The notes beneath the pieces are model-generated. The model saw nothing but the letters and a program-made list of their open reading frames with translations, was not told the origin of the DNA and did not search any database. Of a DNA stretch of 64,000 bases, positions 1 to 12,680 are shown piece after piece. Position 1 is the stretch's first letter. Every line of letters begins with the position of its first letter. Made by a program: the position numbers and the translations under genes. Source of the stretch: Carcharhinus amblyrhynchos (lineage: Eukaryota); assembly GCA_965287045.1 (NCBI GenBank), contig OZ336884.1:50034001-50098000 (forward strand), written 5' to 3'.

Positions 1-985
1 ATGTCTCTGTAATGACCACCAAATCATACTCGTTTGCAATGATTTGTGCTGTCAACTCATTTACCTTGTTTTGAATACTACTAGCATTCAGATAAAGTGC
101 CCTTATGCGAGTTTTGTACCTTCTTTTTGAATTCTAACACTTCCATTAATAACATCTCCTGAGTTCTCCTTTCTTTTCACTTCCTGATTTTTGATGTAGT
201 TGGAACCTTCTCCCCACATTTTGTACTTGCTCCCTCCTCAGATTCCTTACATAGGTTCCCATCCTCCTGGCATATTAGTTTAAACCCTTCCCAACCGCTC
301 GAGCAAACACTCCCTCGAGGACATCAGTCCCAGTCCTGCCTAAGTGCAAACCATCCAATTCATTTCAGTCCCACCTCCCCCAGAACTGGTCCCAATGCCC
401 CAGGAATTTGAAACCCTCTCCCTGACACCACCTCTTCAGCCGCATATTTATCCAATATTATCCTGTCATTTCTACTCTGACTAGCACATGATACTGGTAC
501 TAATCCTGAGATCACTTTGAGGTCTGATTTCTTAACTTTCTTCTTAGCTCCCTGTACTCTGCTTTTAGGACCCCTTTTTTACCTATGTCATTTGTACCAA
601 TGTGTGCTATGACCACTGGCTGTTCATCCTCCCCCTTCAGAATGTCCTGCAGCTGCTCTGAGACATCCTTGACCCAAGCACTAGGGAAGCAACATACAAT
701 CCTGGAGTCTTGTTTGCAGCCACAGAAACACCTGTATATTCCCCTTACAATTGAATCCCCTGTAACTGGCACACTTTTTATCCCTCCCCTCTGCAGCAGA
801 ATCAACCGTGGTGCAATGAGTTTAGCTGCTGCTACTTGCCCTAGCGAGATCATCCCCCTCAACAGTATCCAAAGCGGCATATCTGTTTTGCAGGGGAATA
901 GCCACAGGAGATTCCTGCACTACCTGCCTATCTCTCTTGCTCTTCCTGGTGGCCACCCATTCCTGCCTGTGGAGTCTGAGCCTGC
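1..985 (-). mobile_element. CR1 LINE 5' part: ORF1 (SGNH esterase domain) and start of ORF2 (APE endonuclease); continues left of the window
   Basis: ORF 512-880(-) contains GDSIVRG and VIAHIGTNDIG, the esterase motifs of CR1 ORF1. The reverse complement of 1-105 translates to RALYLNASSIQNKVNELTAQIIANEYDLVVITET, the CR1 ORF2 endonuclease N-terminus. Frameshifted. Confidence 0.9.
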
Positions 986-1850
986 GTTGAGTGGGCAAGG
1001 GTCTGGCAGATGGTGTACAATGTTGGTAAATGTGAGGTCATCCATTTTCATCAGAAAAAAACAGCAAAATGGACTATTATTTAAATGGTAAAAAATTGCG
1101 GCAGGCTGCTGTGCAGAGGGACCTGTGTGTCCTTATGCAAGATTCTCAAGGTGTTGGTTTGCAGGTGCAGCAAGTAATTAAAAAGTCAAATGGAAATTTG
1201 TCCTTCATTGCGAGAGGGATGGAGTTTTAAAACAGCGAGGTTATGTTGCAGCTGTATAAGGTGCTGGTGAGGCCACACCTGGAATACTGTGTGCAGTTTT
1301 GAGAAAGGATATACTGGCACTTGAGGAGGGGGAGGGGTGGGGTGGGGTGCAGAGGTGATTCACTAGGTTGATTCCAAAGTTGAGAGGGTTGGCTTATGAG
1401 GAGAGACTGAGTAGACTGGGCTATACTCATTGGAGTTCAGAAGAATGAGGGAAGATCTTATAGAAACATATAAGATTATGAAGGGAATAGATAAGATAGA
1501 AGCAGGGAAGTTGTTTCCATTGGCGGGTGAAACTATTACTAGGGGCAATGCCTCAAAATAAGGGGAAGCAGATTTAGGACTGAGTTGAGGAGGAACTTCT
1601 TCACCCAAAGGGTTGTGAATCTGTGGAATTCCCTGCCCAATGAAGCAGTTGAGGCTACATCATTGAATGTTTTTAAGGCAAGGATAGATAAATTTTTGAA
1701 CAGTAAAGGAATTAAGGGTTATGGTGAGCGAGCGGGTAGGTGGAGCTGAGTCCATGAAAAGATCAACCATGATCTTATCAAATGGTGGAGCAGGCTCGAG
1801 GGGCCAGATGGCCTACTCCTGCTCCTAGTTCTTTGGTTCTTATGTTCTTA
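986..1850 (+). mobile_element. CR1 LINE 3' part (end of ORF2 plus 3' UTR)
   Basis: Translates to EWARVWQMVYNVGKCEVIHF and LYKVLVRPHLEYCVQF, later RNFFTQRVVNLWNSLP. Ends in gttcttatgttctta tail. Confidence 0.92.
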
Positions 1851-2589
1851 TTCTGATACTTGTGATGGACTGAAAGAGATCCTGTTTTAAAATGATATCC
1901 AGTGCATTCTGATATTGTTCATCTCAAATCATTTTTAATGCTCTCAATCTAACTTAAACTAGACAGACAGTTTAAATCCCTTTGTGCCACTTGCTAACTG
2001 AGGCCTTGCTGTTCTCCTGCAGATGCTGAATTTAATCTCCTTTTCTGAGTAAGAAATCAGTGAATTCCTTATTAAATATACAGATTGGCTGCAGTGATGT
2101 AATCTGAGCTTGAATGAAATTTTAAACATAGTCGTTTGTAGGAGAGCAGTTGGTTTTCCCACCAGGTCAACATATCAGGAACAGTCAGAACCAGAAGAGG
2201 CCTTTTATGACTGTTCTTATGGGACCAGGGATTGTAAAACTGAAAGGCCCTCCTGTATCCTTTCCCAGCAACATTCTGAAGTGTATGGGTCTGTCCCTTC
2301 AGTCCTGATCCCTGATGCTGGTCTCCTAGTATCCAACATTCCACTTTTGCCGGTTTTGTGAAATGCAGCTAAAAGTGAGACTTGGACAGTTTGATGCCAA
2401 TCACAGGAGTGTTAGCCTGTTAAAATTAGAGCTTGGGACTCTTTTCCTATACTGGTGCTACTTTACACTATATTTCTGTTTTGCTTGCTCCACACTTTGT
2501 CTTCTATCCTTGCTCTCTCTCAGCCTAAATACCCATTCCCTAACCTACGCTTATTCACGCAGCATTTATATGGCTGTTCCAGTTAAGTA

Positions 2590-3045
2590 TCTGATCTGTG
2601 GTGACCCCTAGAACATGGTATTTGATAGCCAAGCCATTTAATATCAAGAGCAGATGATTAAATTGCCTCCTGTTGGTGATGGTCATTGCCTGTACTTGTG
2701 TCACATGATTGTTACTTGCCCCTTATCAGTTTGGGCCTGACTGGCGTTCAGATCATATTTCATGTGGGTACCGATTGCTTAATTTTCTATGGATTTATGA
2801 AGAGAACTGGACACTATGCAATCATCAGTGAACAACCCGACTCCTAACCTTACAATGACGGGAAGGTCATTGATGACGCAGCTGAAAATGATAGCTGAAC
2901 TTAGCATACTACCCTAAGGAACACTGACAGGGATGTCCAAGGGCTGAAATAATTAGCCTTCACTAACCATAACCATCTTCTTTTGTGCCAGGTATAATTC
3001 CAGACAGTGTAGATTCAGCCCTGATTCCCACTCATTTCATGTCAG
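2590..3045 (-). mobile_element. Degenerate LINE RT fragment, same family as 33650-35340 and 50620-51688
   Basis: atcatcagtgaacaacccgac and ggaaggtcattgatgacgcagctgaa are reverse complements of the (F)ADD and FSCFINDLP regions seen on + near 50830-50900. Confidence 0.7.
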
Positions 3046-4197
3046 GTGACCAGAATCTGCTGCTGGCTGCCTGTTCTTCTCTGAAGAAAAAACAATGGAT
3101 AAAACTATCTTTTGTTATTTTGTCCCTTTATACCGTCCCCAGCTATCCCTGTAAGGCATTTTGTCTATTTAAATACACCCTTCTGGTGAAATAATTTAGA
3201 TTATGTGCTTGTACTCAGGATTTCCTCCAAACTTGAGTAATGACACAGTTGTTCTACCAGCTGATACTGTCTATAAGAACAAGTGTCGTTGTCAGTACAA
3301 ATAACTTAAGAAATAAATAGCAGCAGCTGTAACCATTTACAATAGGTGCAAATGATACAGATTCCAGTTTGCGAATTGACAATATTTGTAGTTTTGTTGT
3401 ATTAAAAGGAATTCCAGTCACTTTTTTCTTAGTTGAGGAATATTTTAAAAAAATTTTATCATGTATTAAAGGGAAAGAAGACATTACTTTTGCTTTCCTG
3501 TATAAAAGGCCTTTGGCACAGTCAGTGTCTCCAAGCTCTTTGTATAATGAAGCCTTAGGAGAGATTAAGGAAAGCATGGTTGAAAAGATTAACTTTTGAG
3601 GAGGCTTTTCCAGGCCAGAACAGAAGTGCAATGTGAAGAGGATTAAAAAGGTCACTTTGCTCTGGCCACAGAAATATACATAGAATGGAAGATGTACTAA
3701 CCAGAGACAGGAAACAGGGAATGCAGAATGGTCAATATTAATATGTCAGATATGAAACTTTGAAAAGCCAAAATTCAGTGAAGTCTGAAAACTGCCAAAG
3801 CAAAATGATTATTGGTGATATTTCAGTAATATTTCAGCAGAAGAGCAGCATCTTCTAAAGTATAATGTTGAATATGCAAGATAAGTGCATACCAAAAATC
3901 AACCAGCTCACACTAAGCAAGATGGCACTAAATGTATAAACGGACAGGTTAAAGAAGAAAAAAATGAATAATCACCTCTACCAATGTCAAAGGGAAGGTT
4001 GCAAACAACTGTAATAAGTACAAAAAACATTTCCCCAACATTTTAAGTTAAACTATACTAGAATATCCTGCCAGCTTACAAACAGGGTTATCAGAGAGAC
4101 AGTAAAAATGCTAACTGTTGTGAATGGGGTTCAAAATTAAGGATGAACACCAATAAAAAGTATTCTGGATCATTGTTTCCTCCAAATATTTACAAAG

Positions 4198-5108
4198 TGT
4201 TATATTCCTGAGATGTGCAAGAGATCAGAAAATGTTTAGACCAAACCTTACTTTCTTGCTTATTTAAAAAGTAAACTTTGCTGAATCAAAAGATGGCTGC
4301 TACTGGTCACGTGATTTATAAATTGGTTTCTGGAAATTTCAAAAAGCAGATAGATAACAGAAGGTCAACTCATAACCTTGTGAAATCTCGCACCTCTCTT
4401 TCTGAGGATACATTACAATCAAGAAACCAGGAATCATCAAACAGCAGCCTGGTCCCTATAATAAAGGGAGAGCAAGAAACTCACTATACTTACAGAAACA
4501 ATAATAGTCACTATCTATGTCCTCAGGTGACAATGGATTTTGACCAAATGTATAAAACTGCTTGTTTGGCTGCAACTGATTCACCAATGGGAAGCATCAC
4601 ATGACCTAAGCTTCTGGGCTTTGTAAAGTTTTAATATTGTTTCTCTAGATTTGCAAGTTAGTTTGCTGTTTAACCCCCATCCTGTAAACATCACAGCAGG
4701 ACTCCTGGCTGATCAGCAGCCTGCACTAAGTCTAAGCTTCCTCAAAACCTGTTCTTCTGGAAGATTCCTGCTAAACAGACCACATTTCTGTATATCAGCC
4801 CATCCTACTGTATTACCATCAACTTTAAAGGAGTTTTGCAACTTCTCCTTCAAATAGCTGAATCTGCCTTAGCTTTAGATCATTCCTGAAGGAACCCTCA
4901 ATGGACTCTGACTTTCTGGACTCTAGCAATCATGTGAAAGTATGAAGTCGCAGCCACCCCCAGGATCTGAATGTGTGAATAAACTATACTTCTGATTTAA
5001 ACCAAAAGAGAGTTTTCTGTGGATCACTTTAAAAATTGACCCCTCAAACAAAGGGTTTGAGCAAACACACCATAACCTATTTCAAAACTTAAAACATCTC
5101 TGCTTACA
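4198..5108 (+). mobile_element. Possible solo LTR
   Basis: Starts TGTTA, ends TTACA, about 0.9 kb, AATAAA near 4978. No TSD seen. Confidence 0.3.
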
Positions 5109-5554
5109 GACAAATGGCAAGGGGAAAAAAGTTCAGTTTTCTCCCTCTCTCTCCCCTGTCTGTGACAAATGGAAAATATGAGCAATAAGCTCTTCTGAAG
5201 TAAAGTGATCCCAAGCAAAGTAAATACTTTGTTTTTTTATGAAATGGAAGTTTTAGAAAGGCAGTATGTATTTAAAATAAATCCTTTACTCAGTCTTCCC
5301 AGGTTCTTTTTGAAATGTTCACAAAAATGATACTCATTTCAGTGTGTTGGGAAATACTACGGATGTAATTTCTGAAGCACTCTCAAAGCTTGTGAAGGTG
5401 TCAGTTGATATTGGTGAAGTATCATTTAGCAGAACGTGGGCTGGTCTTGTGCCCATTTTCAGAAAGGAGAGGTGATGAGCAAGAACTAGCCTTAACTTAA
5501 TTCCATATAACTCCTAAACTCTGGATTTTCTTCCTTATACCTTTTCTCACCTCC

Positions 5555-5730
5555 AGTTCTCTTTCCTCCTGCAAGATGTTCCATAAAACCTACCTCTTTG
5601 ACCAAACGTTTTGTCATTTAATCCATAATTTTGTTGTGTGGCTTGGTTAATTTTTTTATGTTATAATGTTCTCACGAAGCACCCTGGCATGTTTTATTAC
5701 ATTAAAGATGCTATGTAAATATATTTTGAT
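5555..5730 (+). mobile_element. L2 LINE 3' end remnant
   Basis: aaaacctacctctttgaccaa (LKTYLF-like) and tail ttttattacattaaagatgctatgtaaat, matching the reverse complement of other L2 ends in the window. Confidence 0.65.
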
Positions 5731-5809
5731 GTTCAAAAATAATGGAATAGATTATCAGAAATAAATGTGATGATCATCTGTACAATTGCTCCATTGGTGG
5801 TTGTTAGAC

Positions 5810-5982
5810 TTAATAAAACCAAAATACTGCAGTTGTTGGAAATTTGAAATAAAATCAATGCCAGAAATGCTCAGCAGGTCTGGCAACATCTGTGGAAAGA
5901 GTTGATGTTTTGAGCTGAACATGAGTCCAGTTCTGAAGAAGTCAAACTGGACACAAAGTGTCAACTCTGTTTCTTTCTCCTC
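5810..5982. mobile_element. Penelope-derived short element with inverted termini, degenerate
   Basis: tactgcagttgttggaaatttgaaataaa...ctcagcaggtctggcaacatctgtgga followed by ttctgaagaagtc...aactctgtttctttctcc. Related to 17310-17446 and 29268-29410. Confidence 0.6.
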
Positions 5983-6341
5983 TGGTGCTGCCTATTCATT
6001 GTCAGAATTGATTTGGAAGGGACAGATCTTTCCTGGTCAACCACCTCATCATCCTGTCAATGAGAAATATCTATGGCACAAACAAGACTATCTGTTCAAA
6101 CTAAAAGTTGTAAAGACGTTTTATTAAACTATGTATGAGTAAGAAAGTGCAGTTGATTGGGACCATTTGGATAACCTGAGATAACTACAGGCCCACCAGT
6201 ACCTCCTGTGCTGTATCATTACTTCATTCTATGAGAATTGGCGCACTAAATTGAATACGGTCAAGTGCACGGCACTTTGTGTAGAAAGAAAAGAAGGTAG
6301 GTAATGTGTATTATCCTGAATGGAATTGAAAAAACTAAAGA

Positions 6342-6668
6342 GGTGGCGTGATGGTTGGCATTGCTGCCTTGTGGCACCGGGGACCCAAGTTCAGTTCCAG
6401 CCTCAGGTCGCTGTCAGTGTGGAGTTTGCGTATTCACTGTGTATCTGTGTGGGTTTCTTCCAGCTGTTCTGGTTTCCTTCCACACTCCAAAGATGTGCAG
6501 GTTGGGTTGTCTGGCTATGATAAATAGCTCCTTAATCTCCCTGACACTATCACGGTAATTATCTGGGGTTACGGCGATGGGGTTACGGCGATAGGGTCTG
6601 GGTGGGATTGTGGTTGCTGCAGACTCAATGGGCCAAATCGCCTGCTTCTGTACTGTAGGAACTCAATG
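6342..6668 (+). mobile_element. HE1-like V-SINE with CR1-type tail
   Basis: tRNA-like head, V-domain core gtgggtttcttccagctgttctggtttccttccacactccaaagatgtgcagg, tail gggccaaatcgcctgcttctgtactgtagg. Confidence 0.85.
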
Positions 6669-6679
6669 TAATGGGAAGA

Positions 6680-8160
6680 AATTTGGGAAACTTCATTGAC
6701 TTGAGCCTAAAGGGCAATTTGTTCAAGTAATGAATCAGCAATGCAAATACAATGCTCAAGCACCGAGCCAAAATAGTAGACCATAAGGTACTGATCCCCT
6801 CTGACTGTGCTCTATTTGATCAGCATCTTGCATACAGCATCCAGCTCCAGTTGACAAAAAACAAGGGAAATATTCAAATACTGAAGGTGACCAAAGATGA
6901 GTCATGTTGGATCTCAGGATCAAGATTCAATAAAGTGATGAAATTCTGGAAAGTTTAAACTTTCCACTAAGCGTGGAAAAATCTGATAAATATAACAACA
7001 GTAACTTATCCAGGTATAGTGCCTTTAATGTAATGAAACTTCCCAAAGTGTTTCACAGGAGTATTGTAAAACAATGGCACTGAGCCATAAGACATGTTAG
7101 GTCAAGTGACCAAACACTTTGTTAAGGAGGTAGATTTTAAAGAGTTTCTTAAGGGAGGAACGTGAGGTACGAGAGACAGAGATATGTTAGGAAAGAATTC
7201 CCGAATTTAGGGTCTGGGCAAATGAAAACATGGCCACAAGTGGGAGAGCGATAAAAATCCACTTGCCCAGAATGCTTGAATTAGAGGACTGCAGATATGT
7301 TTAATGGTTCTGAGACAAGAAGAGATTACAGAGGTAGAGAAGAGTGAGGCCTCAGAGGGACTTGAAACAAGGGTAGGATTTAAAAAATCAAGACCTAGCT
7401 TAACCAGGAGCCAATGAAGGTCAGCCAGCACAAGGCAGATAAGAGAATAGGAATTGCTGTAAGTTATGCACAGGCAGCAAACTTTTGAATGACTTCAAGT
7501 TCACAGAAGGTAGAATGTGGGAGACCAGCCAGGAGTGCTGTAGAATAAGTTAAGACTAGAGATGATGAAGGCATGAATGATAGTTTCAGCAGCAGATGAG
7601 CTGATCCAAGTTGGATGATGTTATGAAGGTAAGTGGTCTTTGTAATGACACCAATATGAGGTTGGAAATACATCTTAAGAGATCAAAAATGACATCAAGG
7701 TTGCAAACTAACTGGCTTAATCTTGGACTGTTGGCTGGGAGAGATGGAATTAGTAGCTAGGGGATGGGATTTGGAGCTGGACCAGAGTCAATGGATTCAG
7801 CCTACCTGATATTTAATTGGAGTACATGTTTGCTCATTCAGTATGGCAAGATTATAGAAGATATACAAGATTAATTGAATGGAAAAAGTTAATCTAATCA
7901 TAGAAACAGAACTGGAAGGTATTGGTTGAAACTAATAAAGGATTAGATGAATTTGAGATTTAAAATTATTCTTAAATTAAAGTGGCCAATGTACGGAATT
8001 GATTTCCGAATGAGGTAATGAATGCTAAAAGCCTGGAAACATTCTTGAAACAATTGGGTGACTTGATGAAAGGATTTTAGAATTTTTCTGAAACGGATCA
8101 ATTAAGTTTGACTAAGTGGCCCTCCTCATCCTTAATTGTTCTGTGATCTTATGAACCTTG
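6680..8160 (+). mobile_element. Old CR1 3' remnant split by the L2 insertion at 6995-7845
   Basis: 6780-6890 resembles the LYxALVRPHLEYCVQFW..KDI region. 7846-8155 resembles the ORF2 end and tail (ggccctcctcatccttaattgttctgtgatcttatg). Confidence 0.6.
6995..7845 (-). mobile_element. L2 LINE 3' fragment
   Basis: Minus-strand translation YSTALLAGLPHSTFCELEVIQKFAA matches L2 YSNALLAGLP..LQLIQNSAA. caacaac tail at the left end. Confidence 0.85.
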
Positions 8161-8439
8161 CACGTGAAGATGGTTAGTTGAGGTAGTTACTGGCATCTAT
8201 TTAGAGAAGTCACCTTCAAAGTATAACTCAACAAAAAAAAAACTCTGAAGATCTTATGCTATTTACTTTTATGTTCAGGTTTACCTTTCAGCAAGAACCA
8301 GATATTCAAAACTAAAATATTATTTATGTAGGTGAGAAAATGTCTTTATTTATTGATCATTATTTGCTTTCTCATTTGCCTTACTTAATGGCACATCCTA
8401 AAGCAACATCCTAAAGCAGCAATATTTTTCTGACACCAG

Positions 8440-8702
8440 TTCAAGAGCAATTACTGAACAAAATTGGACAGCAAGCTACATAAGGAGATTTTAGGACAGA
8501 TAACTAAAAGCTTGGTCAAAGGAGTAGGTTTTATGGGATATCTTGAAAGAGGAAAGAGTGGTTAGCAAAGGTTTAGGCAGGAGATTCTAGAACTCGAAGC
8601 TAAGGCAGCTAAAGACTTCACCACCAACGGCGAAATACAGAAAGTCAAGATCACGTGAGGGAGCAGAATTGTAGGAACGGAGGAATCTTGGAGGGTGTAG
8701 GG
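8440..8702 (-). mobile_element. L2 3' fragment
   Basis: ctaaaagcttggtcaaaggagtaggtttta and downstream sequence are similar to 7100-7330 and 44830-45050. Confidence 0.7.
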
Positions 8703-8719
8703 GGGTTCATTTTTAGAAC

Positions 8720-10460
8720 CAATGTTTTCTATACTACATTTCTAAGTAAGTTTACAGTTGTCATCTGCTCAATTATTAAAACTTGAAAATCATAATGAGC
8801 ATGTCGACATATTAATGCCTCATGTGTGTAATTGTATAATAAGATTATTCACAGTAATTGTCAGGTTAAAGTCTCCCTAGATCTATTTCTTATATTAGCT
8901 TCCTCTCAAATATCTTGCTTTTGCACACATTAACAACATCTGCACATTTAGATATTCTGTTTGTAATTCTTTCACTTATAAATATGATGACCGACAGGCC
9001 CCAGGAAATAATTCAATGAATCCTTCCCTGGTCAGTTATCCAATTAGAACTGCTACCATAAATCACTGCTTTACATTTTGTCTGATTTAACCAATTTGTT
9101 ATCCAATATATTATTTACACTTTTATTCCCAAAAGCCCTCATTTTAGTCACAAATCTCAGGAGGTACCTTATTAGCTGCCTTTTGAAACTCTAGTTACAT
9201 ACTGTCTACTTCAGTCATGTTTTCTGCTCTATTTTTTATACTATAGATGTTGAGATAACAGACGTTATTCCCCAGATCATGCCTCTGACCTATTTTAGCA
9301 ATTGAACAGTTTTAGATATTTTGTAATATTAAGGTGCTATCCCTGGATTTAATGAGCTGTGAAAAATTCTAGCCACAGCTCTTCCTACATCTACCCTCCA
9401 GTCTCTAGGTACACTTGGACACACTTCATATCATCCTGTTGGTTTATGAATATTCAGATATTCCTAAATTTCCTAAAGCTGCTAAATTTCTATTTTTTTC
9501 TGTTTTCATCTTGTATTTTCCCTTAAGCTTGTATTGTCCGATCTCTTTCCTAATGTCCTTTTAATTATTTAATATTCTTCTGTACGTTCCATAAATTATT
9601 TTAACAATAGTTTATGTTCTGAATTTTTGAAAAAGAAATTCAAATCCATGAACAGATAATGGAATGGATCTCACACCCACCAATTGCAACCCCTCACCCC
9701 CCTGCCTTGGTTAATGGGAATGGGTGGAGTAGTTATTAAAATGGATTTATTTCATCTACAGCTGAGGTACCTGCTGGCAACAGAGAGTAAATATATTGGA
9801 ATCCTACATTATAAATAGAATTCCTACGCTAGTTTAACTGACTGGGTTAGTGCCTGTTCTGCTGAGTAAAACCTTACAGGATTAGATTTAGGCCCTTATT
9901 GACTCATTGGAAGCAGTTTAAAAGGGGCATTCTGTTGTATTAAAGGGACACTGTTGTTATAGGTAGAAGATTTCCAAGAGTTTTTGAGCATAAAGATTGC
10001 TTCTTTTTTGTTTTGTTGTGCTCTGTGGGTGCTACTACTGTTTTGTTGCTTTGAATGCTCAGATAACTGACTTCACTTCAAAGTTATTTACTGGATTTGA
10101 AATGCTTTTGCATGTTTTGTGGATGTGATAAAACTCCCTATATAAGCAGGATCTCATTTCGCTGTCCAACTGCTGTATTTGAACACTGCTCCAATCAATT
10201 AGAGACCTTCCTCTCCAAAACAAAAACTGTGGTACATATGATCTGTCGTTCCTCTCCAGGCTCTGTCAATATCAAAAGGCTCCTCAGCTATCTACAAAAT
10301 CAATTTCACCCTGTGTGCACCATCTTAAAGCCAATTATCCTCTTTATTTTTTCCACGTACTCAGTTGGAAACAATCCAGTCATAAGCACCTCTTGCGCTT
10401 TTTGCTTCCAGCATATTCAGTAATCATTTTAAAATTTCTGGGGTTTTTTTTGATGCTGTT
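8720..10460 (-). mobile_element. Ancient CR1-like LINE remnant (RT at ~8800-9600, ORF1 esterase at ~10150-10450)
   Basis: The reverse complement of 9000-9210 reads VDSMxLEFQKA..KVP..KMRAFG..WITNWL, the CR1 RT motif. The reverse complement of 10270-10345 reads NWLxxWCTQGEIDFVDSxGAF, resembling CR1 ORF1. Many stops. Confidence 0.6.
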
Positions 10461-11159
10461 AGTTTTACCTTGGTATGTTCGGTTTTGACAATAAAAAGAT
10501 TTGTCAGTTACTGTCATTTTCTGGGCCCTGGGCTTGGATTCATCTCTTGATTGATGCAATTAAATGTCTTCTTTTGTTGCTGGGAAGAATGCTACATGAC
10601 CTGAGTCTGGGTCAGCTTGTATCATCTTCTGCCTGCAGCAGTTCGAGGTTCAAACTGCCCACTATTCTGCATAACTTGAAAATCAGCTTTTGAACAACTG
10701 GAGTTGGTGTAGGAAATGAAACAGTTCTTGCTGGTTCAGGAGGGAGTTCATTTCCAAGGTTGCTGTAAGATAGCTGGTCAACAAAGCTATTGGGTTTGGA
10801 CTTCAGCAGGATGAAGAGGGATCCCATGTAAAAACTCCCCATAGATGCTACCCGACCTGTGTACTTCCATTATTTTCAGTTTATATTCCAACCATCTAAT
10901 TGACTTTTTGGAACAACTGCACAGTGATTTACTTTTTTGATTGATCTGAAAATTTTAAGTTACACAATGAGCATTCATTACTTAATGGTTGTTTAATATA
11001 ATGATTGTATTCTCAAAACATTTTAAAAGCTAAATTTATTATCCCCAAGACATGGGTTTGGGGATGAAAATGGAGGCTTAATTTGCATAGATGTTCAAAG
11101 TTTGACTTGGGAAAGGCACAAAAATGGCAAAATATAGGAGACAATACTCTCCATAGTTT

Positions 11160-12120
11160 TCCAGAACTTCACTGGAGGCTTTGGTGGGGAGGTGCACAGG
11201 AGAAGAGATGTGCTGTATCCAGAGACAGCCAAGAGACCTTCCAGAAAAAAACTCAAAGAAAGCACAGGTGTCAGCTCCCTGGAGGGCGAGGTCTTACACA
11301 AGATCTGCAAATGAATTCTCAATTGAATACTTAGACCGGTGAAGGATAAGAAAGCTAATGGGCAGATGCAATAAGTTGCTTAGTGCTTTGATAGAATTGT
11401 ATGTCATTTCAGGCAGAATGGGTGAGTCCTGCACCAGCTTTGTATGGAGATGTGCACAAAGTTTGGAGTCCATTCTTTCCGGAACAAAAATGGTGAACAA
11501 CTCTATTAGCACACTTGTAGACCTAACTAGGATAAAGCATCTGATTGTTGATATTTCAGCTTCTGTTGCAGCACATGCAGAAAGCATCTGATATCTGGCT
11601 GCTGCAGTGGAAACCCAGACTGCTATCATCCAAGTTCACCTTGTTGTCTGCAAGCTTAAATTGCTGCCAATCTCAGCTGCAGATACCAGTGCTCAAATGG
11701 GCTTACAGAATGTCCAAACAGTCCAGCAATCTGTCCTTTAATCATTGGTGTCTATAACCAAGTAAGTGGCAATGGATCTGTCCCTCTCTCAGGTTGATTA
11801 TATTCAGTCTCCCACCACTGCCACACGGCAGTGTCCTTTTTGTTGCCTGCCAGCTAACCAGCCCTTACTGCCAAGGTCTGCTAGTGAAGGCATGCCAAAA
11901 TGCTGCAATCCAAAGCTGGGTATTCATGGGTCAGAGCTGTTCAAGGTTGTTCTCAAGGCCAAATGCTATCTCCTTCATTGAAAGACAGCAGCCTTCCACC
12001 AGCTATGCTGCAACTATTAGGAAAGAACTGCATAAAGGCAAATAGGACAGGCAAAGGCTCACAAAAGGCAGACACTAAGGGAGTACACAATGGCGATTAG
12101 TTGGCAACAATGAACATGGT
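11160..12120 (+). mobile_element. Degenerate internal fragment of a shark interspersed repeat (possibly PIF/Harbinger accessory ORF)
   Basis: Frameshifted coding-like stretch (AQSLESILSGTKMVNNSISTLVD..ISASVAAHAE) resembling a recurrent shark repeat. Family assignment is from memory only. Confidence 0.35.
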
Positions 12121-12680
12121 TTGGTTTATGAATTTGTTTTAGAATTTTTATTTTGTGTAGGCTTTAATTTTTACATTGAGAGCACTGAGATTATCAGTGA
12201 TAGAGGGAAGCTCACTGGTGGGACTGTTAGTGAGTGGGACTTAAAATTGTATTTATTGCTTTCACAGTTGGATGAGCAAATAACAGGCAGTCCAGAAATT
12301 GTGGTGATTGCCTCCGCTGTTTCTCTTCTGCTTTCTCTTCTTCCCCTGCTCCTCAGTTACTCACTATTTACTTGGTTAAGGTTGTTCAGTTAGAAGCATT
12401 TAACTGTTTTAACGCTGCAGACAAATGAGTCTATTAAACAAAGTAGCTGAAAAGAATTGATCCATACACTAGAATGATCAATTTATTGCTAGTTGTGACC
12501 CAACTTGAGAGGTTCATCACTCTTACAGAGCTTGTAGTTTCTTCAGAAATTTAAATGATTCGTGTCACTAAGCTCCAAAATGTAATTTGTAATTGGCAAA
12601 GCATTTCATGGGAGCATTGAGGTGAAACTTAGTAACAATGCCATTCACATTGATATTTGGCCCAAGTAAGAGTCAACCTA

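Noticed and set aside
585-1091. 168-aa ORF on +
   Set aside because: It is antisense to CR1 ORF1 and runs across the inversion junction, so it is not a gene.
3254-3655. 133-aa ORF on -
   Set aside because: No recognisable domain or splice context. Likely chance or decayed repeat.
6565-6594. Short tandem duplications (also near 8393-8418 and 53390-53412)
   Set aside because: Ordinary slippage events with two units only.
8279-8331. ag...gtgag-bounded 53-bp exon-like segment (VYLSARTRYSKLKYYLC)
   Set aside because: It lies between LINE remnants, has a competing internal AG and gives an unrecognised peptide.
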